The position numbers and the translations under genes were made by a program. The notes under the pieces are model-generated. The model ran no database searches. It saw only the letters and a program-made list of their open reading frames with translations, and was not told the DNA's origin. 64,000 bases of DNA from Nanobdellota archaeon (GTDB lineage Archaea > Nanobdellota > Nanobdellia > Pacearchaeales > GW2011-AR1), in assembly GCA_013329055.1 (NCBI GenBank), contig DUKY01000016.1:4559-68558 (forward strand). Reading direction: 5' to 3'. Of the stretch, positions 52,101-59,014 are shown one piece after another (the stretch's first letter is position 1; each line of letters begins with the position of its first letter).

Positions 52101-53597
52101 TCTAGTTATTCATCGTGGATGAATAGTTCAACGATGTATTTTGCTCCTCCGAGTTGTGAGATTCAAAGTATTACTGAATTAACTAATACTTCTTATCAGG
52201 ATGTTGATGGTAATTATATTTGGTATTATAATCCATCTTACGATGGTTCTGTTCAGATTTTAGTAAATACTACTGATACAGATGTTGATACTATAAGTTT
52301 CCCAACTACTGTTAGTGCAGGTGCTAACGACACTACTGACCCATATTCAGTAGATTATACTTGGGATACTGCAGATACTTATAATCAAACTACTACGATA
52401 ACAATTAATGATTCTTCGGGTAACCTTGGAAATTGTTCATTTGATATTTATAGAGATAGTGGTGCACCGATATATCACGGATATAATTATGTTGGTGGAG
52501 CTAGTTATGTTAATGGTACTGATTATTGGGTTACAGGGGGAGATAATTTTTTAATTAAGGTTAATCATTCTGATGTTGGTTCAGGTGTATGGAGACAATA
52601 TTTTGGATATAATAAAGATGACTGCAATCCAAATGGATGTGGTGGTTCGCCTTATGAAATTAAATCTTATAAAGATACTGTTTATGCAGATTGGTATGTA
52701 AATAATAGTTATTTAGATATTATTAGTGCAACTTGTAATATTTCTGAATGTTATGATAGTTTGAATGTTAGTAATGTTTGGAATACTACTGTTGCTTTGA
52801 TTAGTGAAGATTGGGATTTTAAGATGCATACTTATGAGTATGATATGGTGACTAGAGGTTTAGGATATACTGATATGGGCATTTGGTTAAAGGTTGATAA
52901 TTCTGCTCCTATTTCAAATGGTACAACGCAAAGTTCATCATATGTTAATGATTTTAATGTTAGTACTTATGATTTTGATAATCGGTCAGGTTTAAGTTCA
53001 TGTAGTTATAGAATTCATAATGGCAGTGCTTATTCTTTAGGATGGACTTCTAGAACTTGTAATGCGAATATTAATGTTGATATTTCAAGTTATTGTGCTT
53101 CTGGGCAAAACTGCACTATTGTGTTAAATAGCACAGATCAGGTTGGACTTACAAGCAGTACTTTTAATGTTAGTGTTTCTATTACAAGTGTTTCGTCTGG
53201 AGCAGGATTTTTTATTACTAATAATACCAATGGAAATGTTGCATTGTTTGATAAAAATGGTAATTTTTATCTTAAGGGCAAGAAAAATTCTAATCAGGGT
53301 ACTTTGAATGCTCCGGCAAATTCTTTTGTTCTGCAAAATTCTTCAGGAACTACTATTGCTTATGTTAATTCAACAGGTTCTTTATTTATGAGGGGAAGCA
53401 TTTCTGAGGGTTCAAGTTTGACCGGAAAAACTAGTTCAAATTTAGAGTTTAAGAATTCAACAGACAATTTAATTGGATTTTTTGATAACCAGGGTAATTT
53501 AAAACTTAAGGGATATGTTGTGGAAAATTATTTTAGTTATATTTTAAGTTTGTTTAACAGAATGGGATTATTTCAATCTGGAGGTTATAGAAAATAG
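40170..53597 (+). CDS. giant secreted protein with 8 RCC1/BLIP-II-like 7-bladed propellers, each within an Ig-like domain
   Basis: Signal peptide; 8 Y(Q/T)WYNG blocks mostly about 1.41 kb apart, each followed by HTCGIRANDSRVLCWG repeats (7 counted in modules 1-2); C-terminal triple F..N..G..(V/I)A..D..GN..L(K/R)G motif. Confidence 0.92.
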   Translation: MKYKKVLVDMKNKLLILTLVALTIIGVVIAQNQSLEEELASLEEELVNAGFDWLVNATIDENLDTSTIEVFTQNGNETLAVFENIQEEKFYKIYLTNLNGTQDVFDLRINGSIEFDQILDPAPTMSTVKINSTTNASNENLKGYCNATDADGDDLAYQYQWYNGSTVYLNGTLFKEGTISTGNLHTCGIRANDSRVLCWGEGANGRLGDEGTGDNTVPNITTDNSPYSSVSAGYQHTCGIRQNDSRVLCWGYGDFGQLGDGNSTSHNVLNPNLTTDSSAYSSVSAGYIHTCGIRANDSRVLCWGYGGSGRLGDGDSTSHNVSNPNLTTDSSAYLSVSSGISSHTCGIRANDSRVLCWGDSGSGKLGDGQASTDRTSPYPTTDNSSYSSVSAGYSHTCGIRTNDSRILCWGQGDYGQLGDGSTSAHYSSDPNVTTDSSAYANINAGDYHTCGIRANDSRVLCWGTGDDGQVGDGTSTERTNPTLTSDTSAYSSISAGGDNALGRSHTCGIRASDGRVLCWGDGGYYQTGDGGTTDNTVPTLTSDSSPYKKGFSSGEEILISILGNSFLNKNNIWKLSCRAYDFTEYSSWMNSSTVTISDGRSPIMVINSPQNITYTTSTIIFNITATDESGVGVCKYSLDGATNKSMTNITASQWNATNSSMTNQTHTVKFYCNDSLGNMGDTQTIFRINNNPIVQTATINSTTNKSNESIKGYCNATDTDGDDLIYQYQWYNGSTVYYNGTLFKEDSISASFEYTCGIRASDSRVLCWGEGSYGRQGDGSTTDNLVPTLTSDISPYISVSTGYQHTCGIRVNDSRVLCWGESLYGRLGDGQNGVDVLNPNLTTDNSSYISVSAGYYFSCGIRANDSRVLCWGDSLYGQLGDGQTTFDMNTSTLTTDTSAYSSISAGYQHTCGIRVNDSRVLCWGETANGRVGDGQTTTDRTSPYQTTDSSAYSSVSAGSLHTCGIRANDSRVLCWGESLYGRLGDGQNGVDVLNPNLTTDSSAYTSISAGMRHTCGIRTNDSRILCWGEGEYGRLGDGNNSIHNVVSPNITTDSSVYSSVSAGDYHTCGIRASDGRVLCWGQSDYYQLGDGQNTLDRNESTLTTDTSAYKKGFGSGNETLVSILGNAFIKKGEIWKMGCRAYDFNGYSSWMNSSTITILSGPPTMATVKINSTTSTTSDNINGYCNATDKDGDDLAYQYQWYNGSTVYFNGTIFKDGSISTGYYFSCGIRANDSRVLCWGQGLYGQLGDGQNTINRTSPYLTTDISSYKMISAGYYHTCGIRANDSRVLCWGETANGRVGDGQTTTDRTSPYQTTDTSAYSSISAGLLHTCGIRTNDSRVLCWGESLYGRLGDGQNGVDVLNPNVTTDNSSYFSVSAGGYHSCGIRANDSRVLCWGYGLYGQVGNSGTTDNLIPNVTTDTSSYKSASAGYYHTCGIRNNDSRVLCWGRGDWGNLGDSEITNNLVPNLTTDTSPYTIANAGYVHTCGIRTNDSRVLCWGYGANGQVGDGETTNNLVPNITTDSSIYSSVSPGGYHTCGIRANDSRVLCWGYGTYGQLGDGNNASHSVLRPNITTSSSPYKKSFSSSEEILVSILGNAYLNVGENWSLGCRSYDFTDYSSWMNSSILTINFPPVIQTVKINSTTNKSNENIKGYCNATDTDGNDLIYNYTWYNGSTAYINGTLFKEGTISAGYGHSCGIRANDSRVLCWGEGSNGRQGDGQVTDNLIPTLTTDISAYSSVSAGGYFHTCGIRANDSRVLCWGDSAYGQIGDGQITTDRTSPYQTTDTSAYSSISAGDFHTCGIRANDSRVLCWGESANGRLGNGQTTPDQSNPNVTTDTSAYSSISAGEQHTCGIRANDSRVLCWGDSAYGQLGDGQITTDRTSPYLTTDSSAYSSISAGGIHTCGIRTNDSRVLCWGESLDGRLWDGQDGVNVLNPNLTTDSSAYTSISAGGYHTCGIRQSDSRVLCWGYSAYGALGSVSGGLTTDSSAYLSVSAGGDSVRIRGHTCGIRANDSRVLCWGESENGRLGDGQDGVNVWNPNLTTDSSAYKKGFFSGEEVLISTLMSSFITAGESWKFSCSAYDFIEYSSWVNSTAMTILSSPPTMSTVKINSTTNTKNDPIYGYCNATDEESDDLIYQYQWYNGSTVYFNGTLFKDGSISAGWYHTCGIRQNDSRVLCWGRGDNGRLGDGITANHNNSNPNITTDSSAYSSVSAGYTHTCGIRSNDSRILCWGYGLWGNLGDGETTDNSNPNVTTDFSAYLSISAGYTHTCGIRANDSRVLCWGRGNYGTLGDGSTSTHNTLNPNLTTDTSAYSSVSAGYVHTCGIRTNDSRVLCWGYGNFGHLGDGSTSAHNVGNPNITTSTSPYSSISASAGYHHTCGIRANDSRVLCWGYGNNGQLGDGSATAHNNSNPNVTTDSSSYSSISAGGYHNCGIRANDSRVLCWGYGTQGQLGDGAGAGRPNPTLISGSSIYSSVSAGSYYHTCGIRANDSRVLCWGYGNDGELGDGSTASHNVLNPNITTDSSPYKKGFSSSEEVLVSILGNAYINAGQNWSLGCRSYDFSSYSDWMNSSVMTINTAPVMQTVKINSTTNTSTESIKGYCNATDFEGSDLGYQYQWYNGSTLSINGTIFKEGSISAGWYSACGIRANDSRVVCWGYGAFGVLGDGSTTDNLIPNVTADTSAYKSVSVGDSHACGIRQNDSRVLCWGRCSNDACGDGQTTIDRYTPYPMTDSSEYLMISASNYYTCGIRANDSRVLCWGWGDRGEMGDGISADHTNPIATLTTDTSGYKFIITGDDSSTHSCGIRANDSRVLCWGEGSDGQLGDGDNSSHNNPNPNITTDSSAYTSIALGYLHTCGIRANDSRVLCWGNGYAGQLGDGIIASHEVGNPTLINDASPYLIITSGYENTCGIRQSDKRVLCWGSGTLGGIGNGNNVDVGTPTLTLDSSAYSRITGGFEYYCGIRTNDSRVLCWGYGDYGALGDSSTAVHNTLFPNLTVDNSSYVKGFSSGNETLVSTLASSFIKKGENWKISCRAYDFTSYSSWMNSTAMTILNGPPVMATVKINSTTNTKNDSIYGYCNATDKDEDDLAYQYQWYNGSTVYFNGTIFKEGSISTGHYFSCGIRANDSRVLCWGQGLYGQLGDGQNTINRTSPYLTTDISSYSSISTGYFHACGIRANDSRVLCWGRGEWGNLGDSEITNNLVPNLTTDSSAYSSVSAGGYHTCGIRANDSRVLCWGYGNFGELGDSETGNNLRPNITTDSSSYSNINTGGYHTCGIRTNDSRVLCWGYGLYGQRGDGQTTNTQSNPNVTKDTSAYSSISAGEVHTCGIRANDSRVLCWGESQYGRLGDTQNGVDVLNPNLTTDSSPYTIANAGYLHTCGIRQNDSRVLCWGYGANGQLGDGENPNNLIPNITTDSSIYSSVSPGGYHTCGIRANDSRVLCWGFGTYGQLGDGSNASHNTLNPNLTTDSSPYKKGFSSSEEVLVSILGSAYLNVGQNWSFGCRAYDFTNYSSWMNSSILIVNTAPIMRTVKINSTTNSSTENIKGYCNATDFEGSNLAYGYTWYNGSTVYFDGTYFRKNSLALGENHVCGIRANDSRVLCWGDSAYGQLGDGQTTTDRASPYLTNDSLEYLGISAEKEYTCGIRANDSRVLCWGKCDFGRCGDGNLTTHNNLNLTLTTDTSAYASISVGEDHVCGIRANDSRVLCWGECDSGKCGDGNISNHDVGNPNLTTDTSAYSIIAAGGYHTCGIRANDSRVLCWGLGGNGELGNGSISDSGNPQITSDNSAYSMITTGYILTCGIRKSDSRVLCWGYCDQYGTCGDGNFIDHNNLNPTLTTDSSSYSTVKTNDMYACGIRNSDSRVLCWGYNYYGTLGDGTTTDKADPTLTTDNSAYLDVNMNYHHTCGIRANDSRVLCWGNNWYGELGNGTTSSYTSYSPRVTVDTSPYISDLSVQGNETLVSILGSAFLNAGETWKFGCRAYDFSSYSSWMNSSTMYFAPPSCEIQSITELTNTSYQDVDGNYIWYYNPSYDGSVQILVNTTDTDVDTISFPTTVSAGANDTTDPYSVDYTWDTADTYNQTTTITINDSSGNLGNCSFDIYRDSGAPIYHGYNYVGGASYVNGTDYWVTGGDNFLIKVNHSDVGSGVWRQYFGYNKDDCNPNGCGGSPYEIKSYKDTVYADWYVNNSYLDIISATCNISECYDSLNVSNVWNTTVALISEDWDFKMHTYEYDMVTRGLGYTDMGIWLKVDNSAPISNGTTQSSSYVNDFNVSTYDFDNRSGLSSCSYRIHNGSAYSLGWTSRTCNANINVDISSYCASGQNCTIVLNSTDQVGLTSSTFNVSVSITSVSSGAGFFITNNTNGNVALFDKNGNFYLKGKKNSNQGTLNAPANSFVLQNSSGTTIAYVNSTGSLFMRGSISEGSSLTGKTSSNLEFKNSTDNLIGFFDNQGNLKLKGYVVENYFSYILSLFNRMGLFQSGGYRK

Positions 53598-53708
53598 GAG
53601 ATAAAATTATTAAAGGCTTACTGATATATAATAATATAAAAATTAGAGGTTAAATGATAAATAAAAAAATTTATAAAGACAAAAAGTCTAAAAATAATAT
53701 GATACTCC

Positions 53709-53742
53709 CCGGTGATCCTAAGGGGTTGCCGGATGATTTTTC
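53709..53742 (+). promoter_or_regulatory. hairpin motif copy 1 (orphan; NYN gene apparently lost)
   Basis: ccggtgatcc-taag-gggttgccgg-atgatttttc, 39 nt after TTTATAAA at 53670. Confidence 0.65.
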
Positions 53743-53886
53743 TAATGCTATTATTTTTGTGGATAATGCTTCTAAGGGTATTTATAATGTTGTTTTGAGT
53801 GGGGTTAATTTATATGGAGAAAAAATGAATAACAAAATTGGTGTGTTGAGTTTAAAATTGAAAGGGGGAAGTTTTAAAAGTCTTAG

Positions 53887-54096
53887 GTGCTAAAAGAGAT
53901 TATGGAAAATGTTAGTTTCGATATACTGAATAAGAAGATTATTGATTTAGCAAATGCTGTTGAGGAGATTAAGATTCAGATAAATCTTTTAAAAAATAAT
54001 TCTTTAAACATTTATGATTCTGAATTAAGAGAAGAGTTAAATGAGTGGGATAAATTGAGTACACAAACTTTAGAAAACTTTGAATCTAAGATATGA
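53887..54096 (+). CDS. antitoxin partner of MazF-like toxin
   Basis: Small acidic ORF (EELNEWDKLS..L.NFE) with ATGA overlap to mazF. Confidence 0.65.
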   Translation: MLKEIMENVSFDILNKKIIDLANAVEEIKIQINLLKNNSLNIYDSELREELNEWDKLSTQTLENFESKI

Positions 54097-54419
54097 AAAA
54101 AGGAGAGATATTTAATGTTAACTTAATTGGAAGGGGGCATGAACAAAAAGGTTTTAGACCAGCAATTGTTTATTCTAGTGTTATTGCAGGAATTGTAGCA
54201 ATAATTCCTTTAACTAGCATTGAAAAGGCATTAAAGTATGATGGTTCTTTAAAAATTATAAAATCCAATACTAATGGATTAAATAGTGATTCTGTCGCTT
54301 TGATTTTTCACATAAAAACAATTGATGCAAGATTCCTAAAGAATAAAATTGGTGAATTAGATGAAAAGAATTTGCATTTAATAAATAATAAATTAAGAGA
54401 ATTTTTAGATCTAAAATGA
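54093..54419 (+). CDS. mazF: MazF/PemK toxin
   Basis: GHEQKGFRPAIV..IIPLTS..NGLNSDSVAL..IKTID.R..IGEL. Confidence 0.88.
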   Translation: MKKGEIFNVNLIGRGHEQKGFRPAIVYSSVIAGIVAIIPLTSIEKALKYDGSLKIIKSNTNGLNSDSVALIFHIKTIDARFLKNKIGELDEKNLHLINNKLREFLDLK

Positions 54420-54572
54420 TAAATAAAGAGGTGATAAAAATACAAATGAATTTTTTACTCTTTGTAATTGGTATTGTTTTACTTCTTAGTTTTGTTTCTG
54501 CTATTCCTCAGACTTTTAGTATTCACGGTAAATTAGAAAATAATGCGGGTAGTCCGCTTGAGGGGACTTATA
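54416..54572 (+). pseudogene. relic 5' end of the tail-fibre-like gene
   Basis: Signal peptide plus SAIPQTFSIHGKLENNAGSPLEGTY, nearly identical to the N-terminus of 55266-58805. Confidence 0.88.
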
Positions 54573-54616
54573 GTAAAATTTATAAATCTTCACTACATAT
54601 TTTTAATAACATGTTC

Positions 54617-54650
54617 CCAGTGATCTTTTTAGGTCACTGGATGACTTTTC
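54617..54650 (+). promoter_or_regulatory. hairpin motif copy 2 in the NYN gene leader
   Basis: ccagtgatct-tttt-aggtcactgg-atgacttttc, 38 nt after TTTATAAA at 54579. Confidence 0.65.
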
Positions 54651-54681
54651 ATTCTAGTAAATTTTTGGAGATTTTGAAATA

Positions 54682-55269
54682 ATGGCAAATTCTACTCTTG
54701 TTTTTGTAGATGCAGGATTCTTATCTGAATTATCTAAACATTTTGGTGAAGGTAAACATTTAAAATTTGATTATCTTAAATTTTTTAAATTTCTGGCAGA
54801 AAAAAGAAAACTAAATCTAAAGAAGGTTTTTTATTATACTGCTCCACCTTTTCAGTCTAATACTCATAATAAAAAAGAGGTTTTAAGAAAGAAGGGTTAT
54901 GATAGTTTTATTAACAAAATTAAAAAAGACCTTTTAATTCAGATTAGAGAAGGGAGGGTACAAAAATTAATGAGTGTTTATGGAGAGGAATTTAATCAAA
55001 AAGGAGTTGATACTTTAATGACTTTAGATTTGGTTTTAGTGAAAGATAAATTTCCAGAGATAGATGAACTTATTTTAATAACTAGTGATACTGATTTTTG
55101 TCCTGTGATTAAAGAAATCAAAAGATTTGGGATTAAAACTATTTTATATACTTATATTGAAAGGAAAAGAGATTCTAAATTTTTTCTTTCTCATCACTTA
55201 ATTGACTGTTGTGATAAAGTTGAATATCTAAAAAAGGAGGATATGATAAAATTTTCGTTTAAAAAATGA
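54682..55269 (+). CDS. NYN-domain (LabA/DUF88, PIN-like) nuclease
   Basis: VFVDAG, FYYTA, QKGVDTLMTLD, LITSDTDF.P. Confidence 0.9.
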   Translation: MANSTLVFVDAGFLSELSKHFGEGKHLKFDYLKFFKFLAEKRKLNLKKVFYYTAPPFQSNTHNKKEVLRKKGYDSFINKIKKDLLIQIREGRVQKLMSVYGEEFNQKGVDTLMTLDLVLVKDKFPEIDELILITSDTDFCPVIKEIKRFGIKTILYTYIERKRDSKFFLSHHLIDCCDKVEYLKKEDMIKFSFKK

Positions 55270-58200
55270 TGAATAAAAAAAGAGGTTTGTTGGTTCTTTG
55301 TATGATTCTTTTACTTGGGAGTTTAGTTTCTGCTATCCCTCAGACTTTTAGCGTCCATGGTAAATTAGAAAATAATGCAGGTAGTCCGTTAGAAGGAACT
55401 TATAATATGAGTTTTAATATTTATACGACTTATACTGGTGGAAGTGCGTCGTGGACTTTGTCAAATCAGGATGTGACGACTGATTCAAATGGTATTTATA
55501 ATATTGTTTTGACAAATGTTAATTTGAATTTTTCTACACAATATTATTTGGGTGTTGCTGTTGGTAATGATTCTGAAATGAGTCCGAGGATTAATTTGAC
55601 TTCTTCGCCTTATGCATTTGAGGCACAAAATGTTAGTGTGTCTGGGGTGAGGTTTAATTCTAATGTTGATTTTGGAACTGATTATAATTTTACTTTTGAT
55701 TCTGGGACTTTGTTTGTTGACGGGAGCAAAGGGTATGTGGGGATTGGGACTACGAGCCCACAAGCAATTTTCCATATTCAAACTACTGGGACTGGAAACA
55801 AAACTGGTTTAATTGTGGGTAGAAATACGGCAAACACCAACGATATTTCCAGTATAGTCTTTAATTCTGCGGATTTGGGAGACCAGGGTGCGATTGATTC
55901 TATAATTTTAAGTGGTTCTACGGCTGATTTAGCATTTAGAACTCGTACCGCAAGTGCATTAACGGAAAAGGTCAGAATAACAACAACCGGCTACGTCGGA
56001 ATCGGCACGACGAATCCCACGAGTAAACTTGGCATTAAGGATACAGCGACAAATGGAGCATTAACTTCTACTTTGAGATTATGGCAAGAAGGTTCTGGAA
56101 GTGGAACGGGAGCATCTATTGAACTTGGCTTTGCTGATAACTCGTTAAGTTCAGCGAGTATCGGCGGATTTTATGATGGAGCAGGAAGAGGGTTGTCTTT
56201 TAACACAGCTCTTTCAGGAGTGGCATTATCGGAAAAGGTGCGAATCACAAGTGCTGGCAACGTAGGTATCGGCACAACAACACCACAACAAAAACTTCAT
56301 GTAAACGGAAGTATTCTTGCTAATGGGACCATTAATGCTACAAGTGATGTTTGTATTCAAGGGGGGGCTTGTTTGTCCACAGTTAGTTCAAGTGCGGGGG
56401 GGTGGACGAAAACAGGTACACAGGTTGCTTTGACAACTGCGACAGATAATGTAAGTATTGGTTCAACGGATTTTTTTGTGGATAATAGTAAGGGCTATGT
56501 GGGTATTGGGACGACGACGCCTAATGCAACATTACATATTGTAAAACCTGGAGTATCAGGGGATAATGTAACTATAATTCATTCAGGTGGAGGGGCTAAT
56601 GATTTAATGTTGATAGGGAATAGTGGCTATCCTTATGCTGTATTTTCTGAAGCTAACACGAATGACCCCGGTAACTTGCAATTAAAATATGGAGGGAACA
56701 CAACAATTAGCTTACTTGCCAATGGAAATACTTATTTTAATAATGGCAACGTAGGTATCGGCACAACAACACCCCAACAAAAACTTCACGTTAACGGAAG
56801 TATTCTTGCGAATGGGACGATTAATGCAACTACAGATTTATGTATTCAAGGGGGGGCTTGTTTGTCCACAGTTAGTTCAAGTGCGGGGGGGTGGACGAAA
56901 ACAGGTACACAGGTTGCTTTGACAACTGCGACAGATAATGTGAGTATTGGTTCTACGGATTTTTTTGTAGATAACAGCAAGGGGTATGTCGGTATTGGGA
57001 CGACGAGTCCGGAAGGAAGACTAGAGGTCTCAAATTTAGATACAGACACAGCTAATACTCTCTTGATTAGAAAACCAACTGAAGCTACTGGAACAGATGT
57101 TGGAGGTTTAAGATTTGTTACGGGTTCAGGGGCAATTAGCTCATCAAACGCAATAGCAGGAATAGAAGCAGACATTACGCAAGCAAACCCAAGTTCATTA
57201 AAAGGAGAATTAACTTTCAGTACAAACAGAGGGGATTCATATACTGAAGCTATGAGAATTGATGACACCGGTTACGTCGGTATCGGCACAACAGCCCCCG
57301 CAACTCCACTCGATATAGATACTGGTTCAAATTCTTTAGGTTTACGATTGAGGGGATTAGCAGAAACAGTTGAAATAGGAGATATGTATATGGGTACTAA
57401 TGGAGAAATGATTATTTCTACCGTTGGAGGAAGTGGTGGTCAAGCATTTATAGATTTGAGATCAGAAGATGATAACTATGGATTAATACTTAGACAATCA
57501 AATGGAACAGGAATATCTCCTTACGCTAACTTTTATGTTACTGATGCTGCTACAGATTATCTAAATATTGTTGTTAATGTTGCACAAGGTACCAAAGGAT
57601 TAGTTATTGATGAAAATGAGAACGTCGGAATCGGCACAACAACCCCACAACAAAAACTTCATGTAAACGGAAATATCCTCGCGAATGGAACGATTAACGC
57701 AACTACAGATTTATGTATTCAAGGGGGGGCTTGTTTGTCCACAGTTAGTTCAAGTGCGGGGGGTTGGACTAAAACAGGAACACAGGTTGCATTAACTACT
57801 GCGACAGATAATGTGAGTATTGGTTCAACGGATTTTTTTGTGGATAACAGCAAGGGGTATGTAGGAATTGGGACGACGAGCCCTGCGACACAGCTACATG
57901 TTGTAAACCGTGGATTGTTTGACACTGCGGGTGTTGGAACCGCTAGTGTTGTTTCGTTGGGAGTTGGTAGTGAAAACACAGGATTTACATGGAACACTGG
58001 TAATGCTCTTGGTATTAGCACTAACGGTGGTGAAAGAATTAGGATTGATAATACAGGCAGCGTCGGCATTGGGACAACAAGCCCCGGAGCAACTTTAGAT
58101 ATAAATGGTGCAAATGATGTTACACAGCTCCGTATACGAGATGATGATGCTAGCCCAACAGTTGCAACAGTAAATATATCCAGGTCAGATAATTTAGCAA

Positions 58201-58805
58201 TAAACAATTACAACAATTCTCTTTTATATTTAAGAGATCATTCATATAATGTCCCCCTTTATATAACAGACAATAACTTCAATCCTTTATTTATAGTTAA
58301 TGGTTCAGGAAATGTCGGTATCGGAACTACGAGTCCGGGGAATCTCTTAACAGTTGGGGAACCAGCTTCAGCTAAGAACAATGTAAATGCTACCTTAAAG
58401 ATTCAGGGAATGAGTGTTTCGGATGGAGGGGGAGGTTATTATGGAAGTTATGGTGGTGCATTACTTAGTGCTACCAACGAATTTACGACTGGTGCGAGAA
58501 TGTATTTGATTACTAACGCATTGGGACTAAATAAATTTGCTATAATAAGAAGTGCAGACGTTGCAACTACTCCCACGCTGGGAACTAATGGGGTCATAAC
58601 TTCTGGGACAGCTGATTTCGTGATGGATAATACAGGCAACGTCGGTATCGGCACAACAGCTCCTACGAAAAAGTTTGAAGTTAATGGAACAGCTGGGGCA
58701 TTTAATGTTAATCCAGATAATGCTGGAGGTCCTTTACTTAATACTACTTCTGGAAATGTCACAATTACTTCTGCTGGTGGAAGTGTTATTATAAGATTAG
58801 GTTAA
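55266..58805 (+). CDS. secreted tail-fibre/trimeric-adhesin-like protein with VGIGTTxP repeats
   Basis: Signal peptide; N-terminal domain ending PRINLTSSPYA; about 11 (N/Y)VGIGTTxP motifs; three near-identical about 86-aa blocks. Confidence 0.85.
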   Translation: MMNKKRGLLVLCMILLLGSLVSAIPQTFSVHGKLENNAGSPLEGTYNMSFNIYTTYTGGSASWTLSNQDVTTDSNGIYNIVLTNVNLNFSTQYYLGVAVGNDSEMSPRINLTSSPYAFEAQNVSVSGVRFNSNVDFGTDYNFTFDSGTLFVDGSKGYVGIGTTSPQAIFHIQTTGTGNKTGLIVGRNTANTNDISSIVFNSADLGDQGAIDSIILSGSTADLAFRTRTASALTEKVRITTTGYVGIGTTNPTSKLGIKDTATNGALTSTLRLWQEGSGSGTGASIELGFADNSLSSASIGGFYDGAGRGLSFNTALSGVALSEKVRITSAGNVGIGTTTPQQKLHVNGSILANGTINATSDVCIQGGACLSTVSSSAGGWTKTGTQVALTTATDNVSIGSTDFFVDNSKGYVGIGTTTPNATLHIVKPGVSGDNVTIIHSGGGANDLMLIGNSGYPYAVFSEANTNDPGNLQLKYGGNTTISLLANGNTYFNNGNVGIGTTTPQQKLHVNGSILANGTINATTDLCIQGGACLSTVSSSAGGWTKTGTQVALTTATDNVSIGSTDFFVDNSKGYVGIGTTSPEGRLEVSNLDTDTANTLLIRKPTEATGTDVGGLRFVTGSGAISSSNAIAGIEADITQANPSSLKGELTFSTNRGDSYTEAMRIDDTGYVGIGTTAPATPLDIDTGSNSLGLRLRGLAETVEIGDMYMGTNGEMIISTVGGSGGQAFIDLRSEDDNYGLILRQSNGTGISPYANFYVTDAATDYLNIVVNVAQGTKGLVIDENENVGIGTTTPQQKLHVNGNILANGTINATTDLCIQGGACLSTVSSSAGGWTKTGTQVALTTATDNVSIGSTDFFVDNSKGYVGIGTTSPATQLHVVNRGLFDTAGVGTASVVSLGVGSENTGFTWNTGNALGISTNGGERIRIDNTGSVGIGTTSPGATLDINGANDVTQLRIRDDDASPTVATVNISRSDNLAINNYNNSLLYLRDHSYNVPLYITDNNFNPLFIVNGSGNVGIGTTSPGNLLTVGEPASAKNNVNATLKIQGMSVSDGGGGYYGSYGGALLSATNEFTTGARMYLITNALGLNKFAIIRSADVATTPTLGTNGVITSGTADFVMDNTGNVGIGTTAPTKKFEVNGTAGAFNVNPDNAGGPLLNTTSGNVTITSAGGSVIIRLG

Positions 58806-58829
58806 TTTTCAAAGAAAAGTTTGAAGTTA

Positions 58830-59014
58830 TAGAGAATTGATTTTTAGAGAATTCTTTAAAAAATCAATTCTCTAAGAAGACATTTGAACCAACGGAAATT
58901 GAGGAAAATTATTTATTCAAATGTCTCTATACAGAATTGTGGGGGATTACAATTCTCTAAGAAGACATTTGAACCAACGGAAATTGAGGAAAACTATTTA
59001 TTCAAATGTCTCTA
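58830..59014. repeat. tandem palindromic units (85-bp period)
   Basis: caattctctaagaagacatttgaa...ttcaaatgtctcta at 58865-58929 and 58950-59014, each preceded by a gaattg..caattc hairpin. Confidence 0.85.

Noticed and set aside
53654-53893. 79-aa ORF as a real gene
   Set aside because: It is a mosaic of promoter, hairpin, NYN stub and fibre-gene relic
55266-58805. Prophage tail gene
   Set aside because: It has a signal peptide and there are no capsid, terminase or portal genes nearby
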